From Octopus sinensis (taxonomy: Eukaryota): a stretch of 64,000 nt of DNA. The notes beneath the pieces are model-generated. The model was given only the letters and a program-made list of their open reading frames with translations. It made no database searches and was not told where the DNA came from. Numbering within the stretch: the first letter of the stretch is position 1; each line of letters begins with the position of its first letter. Location of the stretch: positions 112,964,001-113,028,000 of the forward strand of contig NC_043000.1 in the NCBI RefSeq assembly GCF_006345805.1, given 5' to 3'. The position numbers and the translations under genes are program-made. Below, piece by piece: positions 39,906-53,800 of this stretch.

Positions 39906-40673
39906 CATATAAATATGGATACATCTGTGTGTGTGTGGGTATGTATTTGTGCGTTTGTGCGTGTGTGCATATTTCCTTGTGTATATATAGGTGAAGTCTG
40001 ACATAGTTATACGCATGCAGATGTAGCTGTGCGTTTCATATGTATCATGCCAATACTCTTGCCTGACTGTGTGATAAACCATCAACGTGACACAGTAAGA
40101 TTTTAATGAATCGGTAAATAAACATACAACATATACAATGATTAATATTCTTTTCTAGAAATTCCATTTTCTAAAACTATTCATTATGGCGTTAATATAT
40201 ATGATATCACGACTATGTAATAATCAATATATTTAATTAATTAAAGTTAATTAATATTACTATTTAATTACTGATAACTTCTCAACGTGAAGGAATCTTT
40301 GTATAATTAAGAAATTTTACTTTTTAATGGTTTGTCTTTAACGTTTTGGAGCACAATTTCTAAGATAGATGTTGGGTTCCCCATCGGAAACCACTGTGTT
40401 CAAATTGATGCAAAGTTTACTTTTTGGGGTGGCATGACAAGTAGGAACCCAAAATGGATTTTAGATATAGAACATGCTGATAAGGGTGACAGGTGGGACC
40501 TAGAAGGGATGGAGGTTTGACTTTCAAGAAAACTCTTGAAGGCTCTAGAGTTTGGGCTAATGGTTCAATATGAATATATTTGCCATAATCTGGCTTTAAG
40601 TGATCTGCATCCGTATTACATACATACAGAAACATATGTACACATACACACACAAACATGCGCCTCCCCCACA

Positions 40674-40895
40674 CTTATATTGGTTTCAAATTTTGGTCGA
40701 AGGTCAGCAGTTCTGAGGGAGGGATTAAGTCGATGACATCGATTCCAGAATTTTGCAGGAATTCATTTTATCGGTCCCAAAAGGATGAAAGACATAGTCG
40801 ACATCGGCGACATTTAAAACCGGAACAGGAGCACGGATGAAATGATGCCAAGCATGTTGTCTAGCGTGCTAACGTTTCTGCTACCTCACTGCTTT
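40674..40895 (-). mobile_element. SINE-A
   Basis: Tail, core and head match. Confidence 0.82.
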
Positions 40896-41129
40896 ACCGC
40901 ATGCACATACACATACACACACGCACACACACACACACATCTAAGTATATAGATAGATACATACATATATACATTCATTCATACATACACCCATACATAG
41001 TTTAATGTTTGTTTTTTATGTCGAAATATAAAAAAATCAATTTTAAATTAACCTGAATATTTAAACTCAATATTTAATAATATTCTTTTACATGAATAAT
41101 AGTGACAGTGACTTCGAAGTTTCTTCATG

Positions 41130-41480
41130 CTGACCTTCATCGGACAGTCTAGTATTTTCTCTCGAAGTTTGATGGCAACAAGTTTCCTGCATATCTTAAG
41201 ATTCTTCTTTAGGAATCTTGCAGGACATAAGATGTACTGTCCTGCAGGTCAACTTTGCGAATCTGAATTCCAATCTTTTTCTGTCATTTAGGTAACATAT
41301 TGGGTGTTGTAGCAAGTGCACCAAGTAACTGCTGTCTTGGTCTTTCACTGTCTCCTCAGTTCGCTTGCTAGCTCTTGACCTTTCCCAACATTTTAATGTC
41401 TGCGTTATCGACTCTGCAATCGTAGGGAATTGCATAATCTATGATCAGACACTGTTTATTTTCTTCTCTAAAATCATAAC
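41130..41480 (-). mobile_element. R4/Dong-clade (family A-like) endonuclease 3' fragment
   Basis: ENKQCLIIDYAIPYDCRV..ELASELRR..GALATTP across frameshifts. Confidence 0.8.
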
Positions 41481-41771
41481 GTGTCTTTTTGCTTCATTGA
41501 AAAAAAGAAATTCTCTAAGTTGGCTTCCCACGTATGGCGTTTGAAGACCATCTGCAAACCGCATACAATCAAGTGGAGAATCGTAGAGAAAGTCATGCCT
41601 TGTCTTACAGTATCTAAAAAATATAACTTATGCATAGCTGAATCATCACATATTCTTTTCACACCCAAGAAGTCCGCCACACTACTAAATACCAGATCTG
41701 AAATTTTCAGGAAATGCAAACATATAGACAATTTTGTATTGGCGACCTTCAGGACAACTTCTCAGGATTGA
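41481..41771 (+). mobile_element. Penelope-like element, GIY-YIG C-terminal fragment
   Basis: KLASHVWRLK..IKWRIVEK..NLCIAES..LLNTRSEIFRKCKH matches the PLE endonuclease end. Confidence 0.88.
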
Positions 41772-42114
41772 ACAGCTATCTCGTAGACTTTGGAGCCCTC
41801 TCCGTTGACGTATTCTATAATTTAATTATGGCTTTACGGTCAAAGGAGACATAAATCTAATATTTTATTTTTGCGCCCTTTCTTTACCTTCTTTTGCTGT
41901 TTTTATCCCCCCCTACAGTTTCTGCCTCTATCTTCTCGCTTTTCTCGTGATTTCTCTTGTAGCAGCGTCCTAATTTGTAAATTGAATACACCATTTGCTA
42001 AAAAGCACAAAGATTGTTTGGAGGCACAAGGCGTGTTAGAAAGACCTGTCAAGACCTGCACTCCCAATGCAACAAATCATTGATAACACTTACCTTTATA
42101 CTGTGGACATTAAA

Positions 42115-42141
42115 TGATACATACATACATACATACATACA

Positions 42142-42172
<31 letters not shown>

Positions 42173-42230
42173 GTACATATATATATATACATACATACAT
42201 ATATACATACATATGTACATAAATATATAT

Positions 42231-42295
<65 letters not shown>

Positions 42296-42551
42296 CATAC
42301 ACACGTACAAACGTATGTATGTATGTTTGTATACAGAGATGTGCAATTATGTTATTTTGTGCCTATTCGCTTATTACCATGTTCCTATACATGAAGAGAA
42401 ATATATCTGTGTGTGTCTTACAAATCCATCGGTTTCTATATGTAAAACTGCGTGTGGTGCTAAATTTTCACATGTTCCTCTATTTCGTATGTTGAATATA
42501 GGTAAGTTACTGTTGCTACTCTACAATAAAACATGATTGGGTATCTGCTTC

Positions 42552-42601
<50 letters not shown>

Positions 42602-43135
42602 CCCTTCTTTCTCTTTTTCTCTCCTCCCATCCCCTGTGAATATTCTGTATATACTCTCTTTTTTCCACTTATTCGCAGACTCACACACACACGTATGTAT
42701 GCATACAGAATGCAAGAGTGTTGAACGTAGTTACTTTTTTGCGGCGTAAATCTGTGCAAAACCGAAACACGAAGTTTCCCGTGGTGAATGCGTATGGCTT
42801 CGTGTTACCGTGTGTTTTCTTACATTCTTTTCTGCGTGCTCCGTGTTGTCGGTGAGTGTGTATGTGAAAGCGTACGGCTAAGTATTAATTAAAATGCACG
42901 GGGCACCTTGTTTTAGATTATAAATTTTAGTGAAAGCAATCTGCGGACTACCACCATGGGGTTTGGCTATAAATCTATGGAATAAGATATAAACCATTAT
43001 TCAAAATTTATGCCAAGCCTCTTCCTTTCCCCACCTCTAATAATCGGTTCAGGTGGAACATCCTGCAGCCATTAATTGATTTATTTGGTTCATGCCATTA
43101 TTATTATTATTTTATTATTATTATTATTATTATTA

Positions 43136-43168
<33 letters not shown>

Positions 43169-43409
43169 TTGTTGTTGTTGCAGTTGTTTTAAATACAACT
43201 TACATTTAAAATTTCAACATCTTTATGAATTCAATATAATGTTTCCCAAAAGATTTTTTTTCATTTTTATATATATATATTTCTTCTTTATTTTTATAGA
43301 AATATATTTCTTTTTCATCTCACATTTCTTATCACTCTCTCTCCCTCTCTCTATATATATACTTCTATGCGTTTGTCTATCTGTGCCAGAGTATATGAGT
43401 ATATATATA

Positions 43410-43441
<32 letters not shown>

Positions 43442-43525
43442 GCACATATATATCCACATACTTTTACATACATATATGTCTTCAGAAGTATGTAATCATA
43501 CGTGTATACATAAACTTACGTGCGT

Positions 43526-43576
<51 letters not shown>

Positions 43577-43825
43577 CATATCTCATGTGTGACTATGTGT
43601 GTAGGATGTTTGTGTGTGTGTGTTTACTATACTTGTGAATACGTATGCACGTGTGTTATGTATATATTATGAGTTTTATATATTTCCCTTTCAAGTCAAG
43701 ACGGCCAAATTAACATCTGCTGAGCTGAAGGCTGTTAAATTAATTCTGTAGGGAAAAATTGAAATAAACTCACATATATAATACATATACATGCATGCAT
43801 ACGTTCGTACAAACATATATACATA

Positions 43826-43858
<33 letters not shown>

Positions 43859-45459
43859 TATGTATGTGTTTGTATATATATTTATATACATATATTTCTA
43901 TTATATATATATATATATATTATATATATATATATTATATATAATATATATATATATGATCTATGCACACACACACACACACATATACATATTTAGACAC
44001 AAGGAAAACTGTTATGTGCAATATAGATCCACATATACAGAATCTCATATGCGAGTACACAATATATATACACATATATTTATATAATCTAACTATCTAT
44101 CTATGTATATATATATACATGTGTGTACATATATGTGTGCATATAAGTATATATATATATATATACATAAAGATTTATAATATATATACATATATTTATA
44201 TATATGTATATATATATATATAAATGTACGTACATAATTACTTACACATACATGAAACAGCATATGAATATTGTGTATGTATAAACATGTATATATCTAT
44301 GTCTACATGTGTGTATATATATGTATATATGTTTGTACATGTATGTGCATGTATACATATTACAACACACATACACACACACATATGTACACAGTTATCT
44401 TGAAAGGATCTGCCATGTCAGACATGAAGAATATGAGAAAAGTCATAAAGAAAACCACTTCAGTCCTAAAAACTAAAACAGCTCAGATTATATTTAAGAC
44501 AATTCCAACAGAGTGTGAAATATTAAATTCGTTATTTCCTTATTTACAGTAATTTTACTTGTTGTTGTTGTTGTTTTTATTTGTTGTTCGTGTTGTAGAT
44601 CTTGTTGTTCTGTTGATATTCTACATCTTGGTGGTGATTTCATGTATTTTTTTTTTTTATATTTCTGCCTTCATGCTGCGCTGACTTATGTGCGAAGCAA
44701 CACATCTATATAACTATCTACATACCTATGTGTATAACTGCATGTACGTATGTATATGTGTATGTAGCAATTTACATTTGCAGCTGTATATATGTGTATA
44801 TATATGAGGATATATATGTACGAATTGATGTATTTATTTTATGACTGTGTGTATGCATTTAGGTGTGTTTATATATATATATATAGCAATGTACTTTGTA
44901 GCTGTTTACATGTGTATACATATGAGGATATATATGTATGTATGGATGTATTCATTTGTATGACTGTGTGTGTATGCATTTACGGATGTATATACATATA
45001 TATGTAGCAATGTACTTTTGTAGCTATCTATACGTGTATATATATGAGGGTATATATGTAAGTATGGGTGTATATATTTGTATCACTGTGTGTGTATGCA
45101 TTTACGGATATATATACATACACACACACACACATACACACACACACACACACACGCATACACACACACATATATATATATGTAGCAATGTACATTTGTA
45201 GATTTCTATATGTTTGTATATATGAGGGTGTATATGTACTTTTATAAGTATGTATTCGTATGACTGTGTGTGTATGCATTTGCGGGTGTATATATTTATT
45301 CTGAGCTATTTGCATATTTCCATTAGACTGAATTTCTTTGAACAGACTTTTAATCTCTTGTCGCAAGGTATACATAGTACTTAGATATATAGATACATAC
45401 ATACACATATATGTGTGTGTGTGTATTCATATGTATATATATATAAATGCATGTGTATA

Positions 45460-45509
<50 letters not shown>

Positions 45510-45750
45510 AATGTAAGCATATATATATGTACTTAGGTACACATACATATATATATGTATATATATATACACATATATGTAAATATATACGGATTATATA
45601 TATACTTATATATATATATATATATATATATATAGATACATACATACACACATGTATATATGCATATATTAATATATCCACATACATGCATATTTTCTTA
45701 TATGAAGCTTAAATATGAATATATATATATATATATATATATACTTGCTT
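42115..45750. repeat. Microsatellite-dominated region ((TACA)n, (TA)n, (CT)n, (TAT)n)
   Basis: Visible; interspersed with short unique stretches. Confidence 0.85.
44762..45300 (+). repeat. Minisatellite, ~120-bp unit, 4 copies
   Basis: tagcaat..tgagg..tatgactgtgtg..tgcattt recurs at 44765, 44884, 45005 and 45183. Confidence 0.85.
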
Positions 45751-45798
45751 GCATATATAGCATAAACTTAAGGTATTTACACATTCAGGTATATATGC

Positions 45799-45829
<31 letters not shown>

Positions 45830-46245
45830 ATGTGTGCATAAAGTGAAAGAGATGGAGAGGGATATGCAGAGATATAGGATACAGACAAATAAGTACATAC
45901 ACATACTTGTATACATAAAACTTTATTATAGACATATAGCCTGAATAGAGAGTAAGATATAACACAGAGCATGGGTACATATAACACACACTTGTATACA
46001 TACGCGTGTGAGTGATCATATTAATTGTTGTGTGGACACTCCAAGACGATGAATTAGGCCAGTCCAATACTTAGATATAAAGGTTGAAGTCTAGACGTCG
46101 TCAGAGAGTAGAGAGGAGCAGAGTTGAGTAGTAGAGGTCATCTGAACGTGCGACGTAACAGTAGCGACGAGGATTTCGTAGCTCACACTGCCACTGTATA
46201 GTATTGCGACATAACAGTAGTGACGAGGTTTCTAATAGTACCGAA

Positions 46246-47300
46246 ATGGAAGAGTTACTGAAAGTAGTTGTAAAACAGCAGCAGCAGTAGCCGTTCAGGA
46301 ATTTGGACCTGGAGATCTCCATTTCCAGCGACTTCGAGGGCCACCGCCCAGTGGTGTTGGGCGTCAAAAGAGCCCTCGACTACAATAAAACGACCAAAGT
46401 TTTTTTTTCGAAGGTCTGGGTTCTCTCGCACTTAAACCCTAGACCATCACCTAATCACCCTTACCCGTCTTGTTGCATAACAACAACAAAAACAACAGCA
46501 GCAGCAGCAACTACAAAAGTTATTAAATTGGAACTGCAGTCGAGAAATACGATAGAATCATTTTCAGCAGATGGTGTTGCAAATTCCATCGAAGAATTTC
46601 ACTACAATCTGGATGAAGGAACTGCTTTTGCTGCATATTACAGACGATACGAAGACATATTCCGGGAGGAATGTAAAGAATCGTCTAGTGAAAGGAAGGT
46701 AAGGCTCCTTTTGCGAAAGCTTGTTACACCGGAACACGAAAGATTTTGTTACTTTATTTTGCCGAGAAAGTCCGCGGAATTGTGTTTTGAGGAAACGATA
46801 AATATTTTGACTAATACTTTTAGCGAGAAAAGTTCGCAGTTTAACATTCGATGGGAATGTTTAAATTTAAAGAAAAACGTGTCCGATGATTTTGCAACAT
46901 ATGCCGGTGTAGTTAATAAGGTTTGCGAAAGGTCTAAGCTGGAAGAATTAACGCCAGATATGTCCAAGTGCCTAATATTCGTTAAAGGGCTAATGGCAAC
47001 GGATGATGCGGAAATTAGAAGAAGAATATTATCAAAGTTGAATCAAGATGTGAAACTCACTTTGCAGAATGTGGCTGAGGAATGCCAACAAATAATAAAA
47101 CTTCAAGATGATACAATAAAGATAGAAGACAAGAATAATAATGTACAAATGTGTAAAGAAAGTACAGAAAGAAGGAACAATTTATATTCAAAACGGTGCT
47201 TTGGTTGCGGAGATCGACATTTGAGGAAAGATTGCCCCTTTAAAAGATAAAACCTGTTTTAAGTGTGGCAAATGTGAACATATACAGACGTAATGCCGGT
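46246..47300 (+). pseudogene. Gypsy gag, disrupted
   Basis: MEELLKVVVKQQQQ* then an insert and a frameshift; capsid-like region 46550-47250 open; frameshift before the second knuckle. Confidence 0.85.
46288..46478. mobile_element. ~190-bp structured insert in the gag (CAG)/(CAA) tract
   Basis: Splits the polyQ codons; two GC-rich hairpins. Confidence 0.65.
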
Positions 47301-47830
47301 CAAAGAAAATGGTAAAACAGAAGAAAGTCTACTCAACAAAAGTAAATTATACCAGACAAAACCGAAAATTTGTGTTGGTCTGAAACCAAAATGCAATTAG
47401 ATACCGGTTCAGACGTATCGATAATAAAACGACAACATGGAGTAAGATAAGCAGGTCGTTGTATATATAAAAAAACCCTACTAGGATAGCCTGTGGTGTG
47501 TCAGGGGAACGAGTTCAATGTAAACTTATGGTATCTAAGAATACAATGAATCTGTTCGGGACAGATTTAATGGAAGGATTCGACCTGTGGGATCTATCAC
47601 TGAATAGTAATTCCTAACGGGGGGATGGAGAAGAATCTATGGTCTCGTCCTGCCTAATACAAACAGCAACCACATCGCACACCACCACTCTCCTCGTAGT
47701 CTAGCCCTCCATTCATCTAAAAAAAAAAGACAATACGATAATCTTGGCCAAGCCTTTGCTCATATATAGGTCTGCTTAGTCAAAGTTTGTCCCGGGACTA
47801 AACTGCAAGCGATCAATAGTAACACACCCA

Positions 47831-47913
<83 letters not shown>

Positions 47914-48052
47914 ACACGCAAACACACACCTTAAAAATCTATAGACGTCACTTGCAAGCGAGTAAAACTGGTAACATGTAGTATACTTTAGTTAATTCTT
48001 TTAGGAACCGTTCCCTTTGCAGAATAACATGGTTGTAAGACACAGTGAGAAG

Positions 48053-48290
48053 TGGAAACGCGTGGCTTAGTGGTTGGGGTGTCAGCATCATGATCGTAAG
48101 ATTGTGGTTTCGATTCCTTGACCAGGCGACGCGTTGTGTTCTTGAGCAAAACACTTCATTTCATGTGGCAAAAAATGAGTAACGCTGCGATGGACTGGCG
48201 TCCCGTCCAGCTGGGGAACACATACGCCATTGGAACCGGGAAACCGGGCCCATGAGCCTGGCTAGGCTTTAAAAGGGCGCATTTATTTTA
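48053..48290 (+). mobile_element. SINE-C (CORE-like; gcgatggactggcgtcccgtccag)
   Basis: Head gcgtggcttagtggtt..ggtttcgattcc; gtgttcttgagcaaaacactt. Confidence 0.82.
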
Positions 48291-48294
48291 TTAT

Positions 48295-48482
48295 TATTTA
48301 AGACGCAGTGAGAGCGTAGGCAACACTAGTCCTCGACGCCTATTCGCTTTCAGTAGAATAAAGTGATGAAACGTGATATTAAATGTCTTGCTGGAAGGCA
48401 ACGCGTCGCCCATATCCGAAATCGGTTCCTCGTCCCGATGACCATGAAGGTAATATCTTAACCACTGGGCCACGTAGCTCTC
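48295..48482 (-). mobile_element. Degenerate tRNA-headed SINE facing the previous copy
   Basis: aaatgtcttgc..caacgcgtcgcc..cttaaccactgggccacg. Confidence 0.6.
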
Positions 48483-49122
48483 TATTTTATACACCTACGC
48501 CCCCTGTAAACGAAAATTGAAAAACGAAAACGGAAAAGAGAGAAATAGCAACGATAACCACCACTCAGAAACACAAATAACTGCACATGCAGACGCCAAT
48601 ATACAGAGAACCGAGAACACATATTCATCCACTTAGCTGAAACCACACACGACCTGGCACACGCAAACACATACAAAAGTGCATGCATATATACACATAC
48701 TCATGCACACAAACATACATACATATACATACACACCCACAATCGTTACCATCTTATCTATTTAATAAGCACTTTTTCCGATACCTCAGTACGTGCAGTT
48801 GATAATAAATATAAAACTACATTTAACATTTTCAAAGAACTCACAGTGTTCTTTTTGGTGTTTCGATTTTCTTTTGATTTTAAAGGTCAAACGAACCTGA
48901 AAAGGTCAACATCAACATCTTTGGAAGCTCACTTAATTCCAGTATACAATTATTAAGTTAGAGTTTCTGTTCAAATTTATTTCAGTTTATTTATGCTTTT
49001 GTTTATTCGTATGTTTGTTTTCAGTAGGTGTGTATGTCTGGCTGGCTGTATGTGTACGTCTACCTAGGTTTCTGTGTCTACGTATGCATGTCTATCTCAG
49101 CGTGGAGTCACACGTATATATG

Positions 49123-49154
<32 letters not shown>

Positions 49155-49324
49155 CATACATACATACACACATGCATACATACACACACACATACATACA
49201 TATATATGTACTTGCACATACATAGGCAAACACACATGCACGCATGTTTTAACACATATACATATATCTGCAAATTTGTAAACAGTACACATACTCATAT
49301 GTGTGTGTCTATATGTATACATAT

Positions 49325-49377
<53 letters not shown>

Positions 49378-49378
49378 T

Positions 49379-49409
<31 letters not shown>

Positions 49410-49657
49410 CATGTACGTATATATATATATATACATGCATGTATATATATGTATATATATATTCATATATATAATATATATTGTTTGTATATATATATCT
49501 TTGTAAAAGCAAAATATACACAGTTTTTTCTGTACTACAGAGCATATATTTTTAGACAACACTGTAAGAGACAGATCTGAAATTCTTCGTTCGCTCCCTC
49601 TTCTCGCTCTGTCTCTTCTCTTCCACTCTCTCTCTGTTTTTCTCTGCTCATATATAT

Positions 49658-49721
<64 letters not shown>

Positions 49722-49779
49722 TGTATATTTGTGCATGTGTGTGAGTGTGTGTGTGGGGGTGGGTGTATGTATGCAATAT

Positions 49780-49960
49780 ATTTGCCGGCCGAAAACTGGT
49801 TTCAATCCTGCGTTGGAATTTCAGAGACCCGTGTTTAGCAGTCTTAAATCCATTGGCTAGATGGATTTCCATAACACATTTTCGGCAGCTTGTTCCGATT
49901 AATGAATTACCTATTTGTTAACAGGCTTTTGTTTCACAACTATACCTTAATATAGAAGAG
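49780..49960 (-). mobile_element. CR1/L2-like 3' fragment
   Basis: Minus-strand NR..NKLPENV resembles the FSNRVVxxWNKLP end motif. Confidence 0.5.
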
Positions 49961-49982
49961 ATACTATGATATAAAAGTCTAT

Positions 49983-50120
49983 ATTCGTCTGTCTTTACGT
50001 TCGATTTTGCCTTTCATGCATTCGAGGTCGATAAATTACGTATCAATTGCGTACTGGGGTCAATCTAATCGACTGCCACCCGCCAAATTTCGGGCCTTGT
50101 GCCTACAGTAGAAAAGAATA
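49983..50120 (+). mobile_element. SINE-A 3' part
   Basis: Core and tail match. Confidence 0.78.
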
Positions 50121-50228
50121 TAAAAGTGTGTATATTCTTAAGCTCTTTGTCTGTCTTAATAAGAGGGAAATCTTAGTGTCGTATTTAATTACTGTTATAT
50201 CTGTTAAGACCCAACAATTTCATAATTT

Positions 50229-50596
50229 AACAAGAACACTCGGAGAGCGCAAACTTCCGCCATGGCATCACCAACATTCTGTCAATGATTAGCCAGAGAT
50301 GAATTTTAAACTGAGAATATCTGAAATAAACTTGACTGCTCTCAGAAATGAGAATGCAAAAATGAACCCAGCCGCTCTCAATAATTAAGTAAAAGAAAAA
50401 TTGGAGAATAATCCAGAATCCTAATCCAGCACCGGATTGATCCCAAAATTTAATACGGTCCTGCCAGTCACGAGGTAAAACGTCTCTGAAAGTTTCATCC
50501 GAATCCATCCAGTGGTTTTAGAGATATCTTGTCCATGGGCAAGCAAACGAACACGACTGAAAATAATACCTCAGCCTTCGCTAAGTCGGACGTAAT
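50229..50596 (+). mobile_element. Helentron-associated (HINE/DINE-1-like) non-autonomous element
   Basis: Starts after TT; 5' subterminal acttccgcc pairs with 3' gtcggacgt; 3' hairpin acctcagcctt-cgct-aagtcggacgt; aagtttcatccgaatcc core. Confidence 0.65.
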
Positions 50597-50886
50597 AATA
50601 CTTGCGTTACATTTCACTTCAACGCTATATCTGCTGATTTTCATAATCCTAGATCCAATTACACAATACTACAAGCACTGGTTTACCATTTATCGCTTAC
50701 AACTCAGTTTCAATTCATCTGAATTCTGTGTTTCAGTTCCTTAGAGGTGCCTTTACTGTTCCTGCTTTTATGGTCAATAAAATAACAATCAACTAAGAAC
50801 TTGTCAAGAACCTTTATTAACAAAAGCTGCGATCTAAATTACGTGGCTTTGTATATATGTCAGACATTATTATTATTATTATTATT

Positions 50887-53800
50887 CAGTAGTTTTATTT
50901 TTATAGCGTGCTTTCACTTCACTACCGAGCGCAGCTCTGTGTGCCTTGGGTATGTGCTGTGATTTGTTGTGATGCTCTGATGGTTATTGTATGGAAAGTG
51001 TTCTGCGTAGGATGTGTGCAGTGCCTAGTAGTGCAATTTTCTGTATGTTATATGTGTTTGTAAGTCCTGGTGTTTTTGTTATGTATTTGTCTGAATATTT
51101 TTTTATCATGCCTAATGCACCTACTATGATAGGAATTGTTTCTGTTTTCAGGTTCCACATTCTAGTTACCTCTATTTCCAGGTCTTTGTATTTTGAGAGT
51201 TTCTCCATTTCTTTTAGAGAAACGTTGTCATCTGCCGGTATTGATACATCAATTAGAAAGCATTTTTTTTCTTCATGATCTCTGACAACTATATCTGGTC
51301 TGTTGGCCTTAATTTCACTATCTGTGTGTATCGGCATATCCCAGAGTATGGTTGCTTTCTCGTTTTCTGTGACCTTTTCTGGTGTGTGCCTATACCATCT
51401 TTTTTCTGTTGTTTTCCATAATGTTGGCATAGCTTCCAATGTATGTAGGTTCCAACTCTGTCATGTCTGTGAATATATTCCTTCTTAGCCAGGACTGGGC
51501 AGCTAGAGATAATATGATTTATGTTTCTTGTCCATCTCCACATATTCTGCAGTTACTTGTAATATTTCTTTTCATTACATGTTTTTGGTAATTTCTGGTG
51601 GGGAGGCTTTGGTCTTGTGCTGCAATTAAAAATCTCTGTGTCTCTGCTTTGAGTCCTGAGCTTCTCAACCATTGCTGGGATTTTTCTTTGTCTATTTCTT
51701 TTGCGTTTAGTTTAGTGCAGTATTTACCATGAAGGGGCTTTTCTTGCCATCGTTTTATCATGGCTCGTTGCTGTTCTATTTTTAGTTTGGATTTCATTTG
51801 TTTTATAGCTTTTGTTGTCTCTTCATCATCTTCTTCTTCTTTTTTGTGTTTATTAGGTGGTATGATTTCTTGTTTGTATTTGTCAGCTTCCTTAAATACT
51901 GAGAACAGTTTTTTGTTTTGCTCGTGTTTTGCTGCTATCTGGATCAGTTTTCCTTCCTTCTGAAGTAGGTATTTTTGCAGTCCTATGGTGGTTATTTTAT
52001 AGTAGTTTTCCAGCTGTATAAGGCCTCTACCACCTTCTATACGTTGTATATATAGTCTTTCTATGTCAGATTTTGGGTGATGCATCCTAGATCCTGTCAG
52101 TATTTTTCTTGTTTTCCTATCCATTTTGGACAGTTCATTTCGTGTCCAGTTAAGGATATTGTAGCTGTAACTTATAACTGGGACAGCTAAAGTGTTGATA
52201 CCTATTATCTTGTTTTAGCATTGAGCTCTGTTTTTAGTATTGATCTAACTCGTCTATAATATTCTTTTTTTATTTTCTCTTTCATTTGTGTGTGTTGTGT
52301 CTTATCTAGTTCATGGATTCCTAAGTATTTGTAAGTTTGGCTTTGGTCTAATTCTTTTATTTCATTGGTTTTATCTAGTGTGATGTTGTTACTCTTAACT
52401 AGTTTTCCTCTTTTCATGGTTACTTTGGCGCATTTTTCTAATCCAAATTTCATATCTATTTCTTTGGTAAATCCATGAACTGTCTTTAATAGTGTTTCCA
52501 GCTGTTTGTCATTTGCAGCGTATAGTTTTAGGTCATCCATATATAAAAGGTGGCTGATCGTTTTGCCGTAACATTTATATCCGCATCCAGTTCTATTTAG
52601 CATATCAGATAGAGGTGACAGTGCCAAGCAGAAAAGGAGTGGAGAGAGCGTGTCTCCCTGGAATATTCCTCTTCTAATGGGGATGTCTTTGGTTTTCATG
52701 AGTCCCTCTTTTGTTTGGAGGTGTAGGACTGTTTGCCATTTATTCATAGAGTGCTCTATGAATTTTATGATTGTGGTGCTACTTTTTTGTTAATGGCTAG
52801 TGTTTCGAGGATCCATGTGTGGGGGATGCTATCAAACGCCTTTTTGTAGTCAATCCAGGCCATACTGAGGCCTTTCTTCTTTCTGTGGCTGTCTTCAGTT
52901 ACGGATTTATTATCATTAGTTGATCTTTACAGCCATATGAGCCTTGCGGCATCCTTTCTGCTCTTCTGGGAACAGTTTGTTTTCGTCCAGGTGCTTGTTC
53001 AGCCTTTGCGTTATCACTGCAGTAAATGCCTTGAACATAGTAGGGAGGCAGGTTATTGGTCTGTAGTTTCTGTGGTTTTGTTGTTTCATTTGATTTTGAA
53101 TTAAGATGGTTTCCCCCTTCGTGAGCCATTCAGGCATTGTCTCTGGCTCTGCTAGTATGCTGTTAAAGTTTTCAGCCAGCTTTTTGTGCATTCCTGTTAG
53201 ATATTTCAACCAGAAGTTGGGGATCTTGTCATGCCCAGGTGCCTTCCAGTTGCTTAGTTTTTGCAGTGCCTGGGTGACCTCTTCAGTTGTTATGGGGGTC
53301 CAAAGTTGTTCAGATGCCGAGTTTGTTATTTTCATACTCCTTTTTTTGGCTGTTCGTTCGCCGACCATATTTCTTTCCAGAATTCTTCCAATTCTTCTGC
53401 CGTTGGTGCTGCAGTGACTTCTATTTTATTTTTGCCCAGTTCTTGGTAGAACTTTTTGGGGTCGGAGTTGAACTTTTTGTTCTGTTCAAAGAAGCGTTGG
53501 CGTTTCTCGTACCGGCGGATCCTTTGAGCTTTGGCAAGGATATCTTGCTTCAGCTTTTCTTTTATCTCCGGCAAATCTTTTTCCGTGATGTTATATTGCG
53601 GAGCATTTTTGTTCTCTTTTTGTTGCTCAGTAGCGTTGCTTGTTTGCTGATTTCATTAAGAATCGACAGGTCTTTTCTAATTTTTTTATTTTGTTTTTGA
53701 TGTTATTTATCCACAGGGTTTGTTTGGGTGTGGTATTCCTGTTTGGGCGGGTTTGGGTGAGTATCCAGCTTCTTTGTGGCTGCAGTGGCTGCTGCGTATA

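Larger units (their letters stand above)
46030..47613 (+). mobile_element. Gypsy-type LTR retrotransposon remnant (LTR end, PBS-like site, gag, protease; pol absent)
   Basis: taaca|gtagcgacgagg PBS-like motif twice; gag from ATG 46246; knuckles CFGCGDRHLRKDC and CFKCGK.EH; protease LDTGSDVSII near 47398; 5' edge uncertain. Confidence 0.85.

Noticed and set aside
46303-47250. 315-aa ORF as a domesticated gag (Arc-like) gene
   Set aside because: Its N-terminus comes from the insert read from a TTG; the native gag start is followed by a stop and a frameshift
47608-47630. Polypurine tract plus 3' LTR
   Set aside because: The purine run is present but the following sequence does not match the presumed 5' LTR
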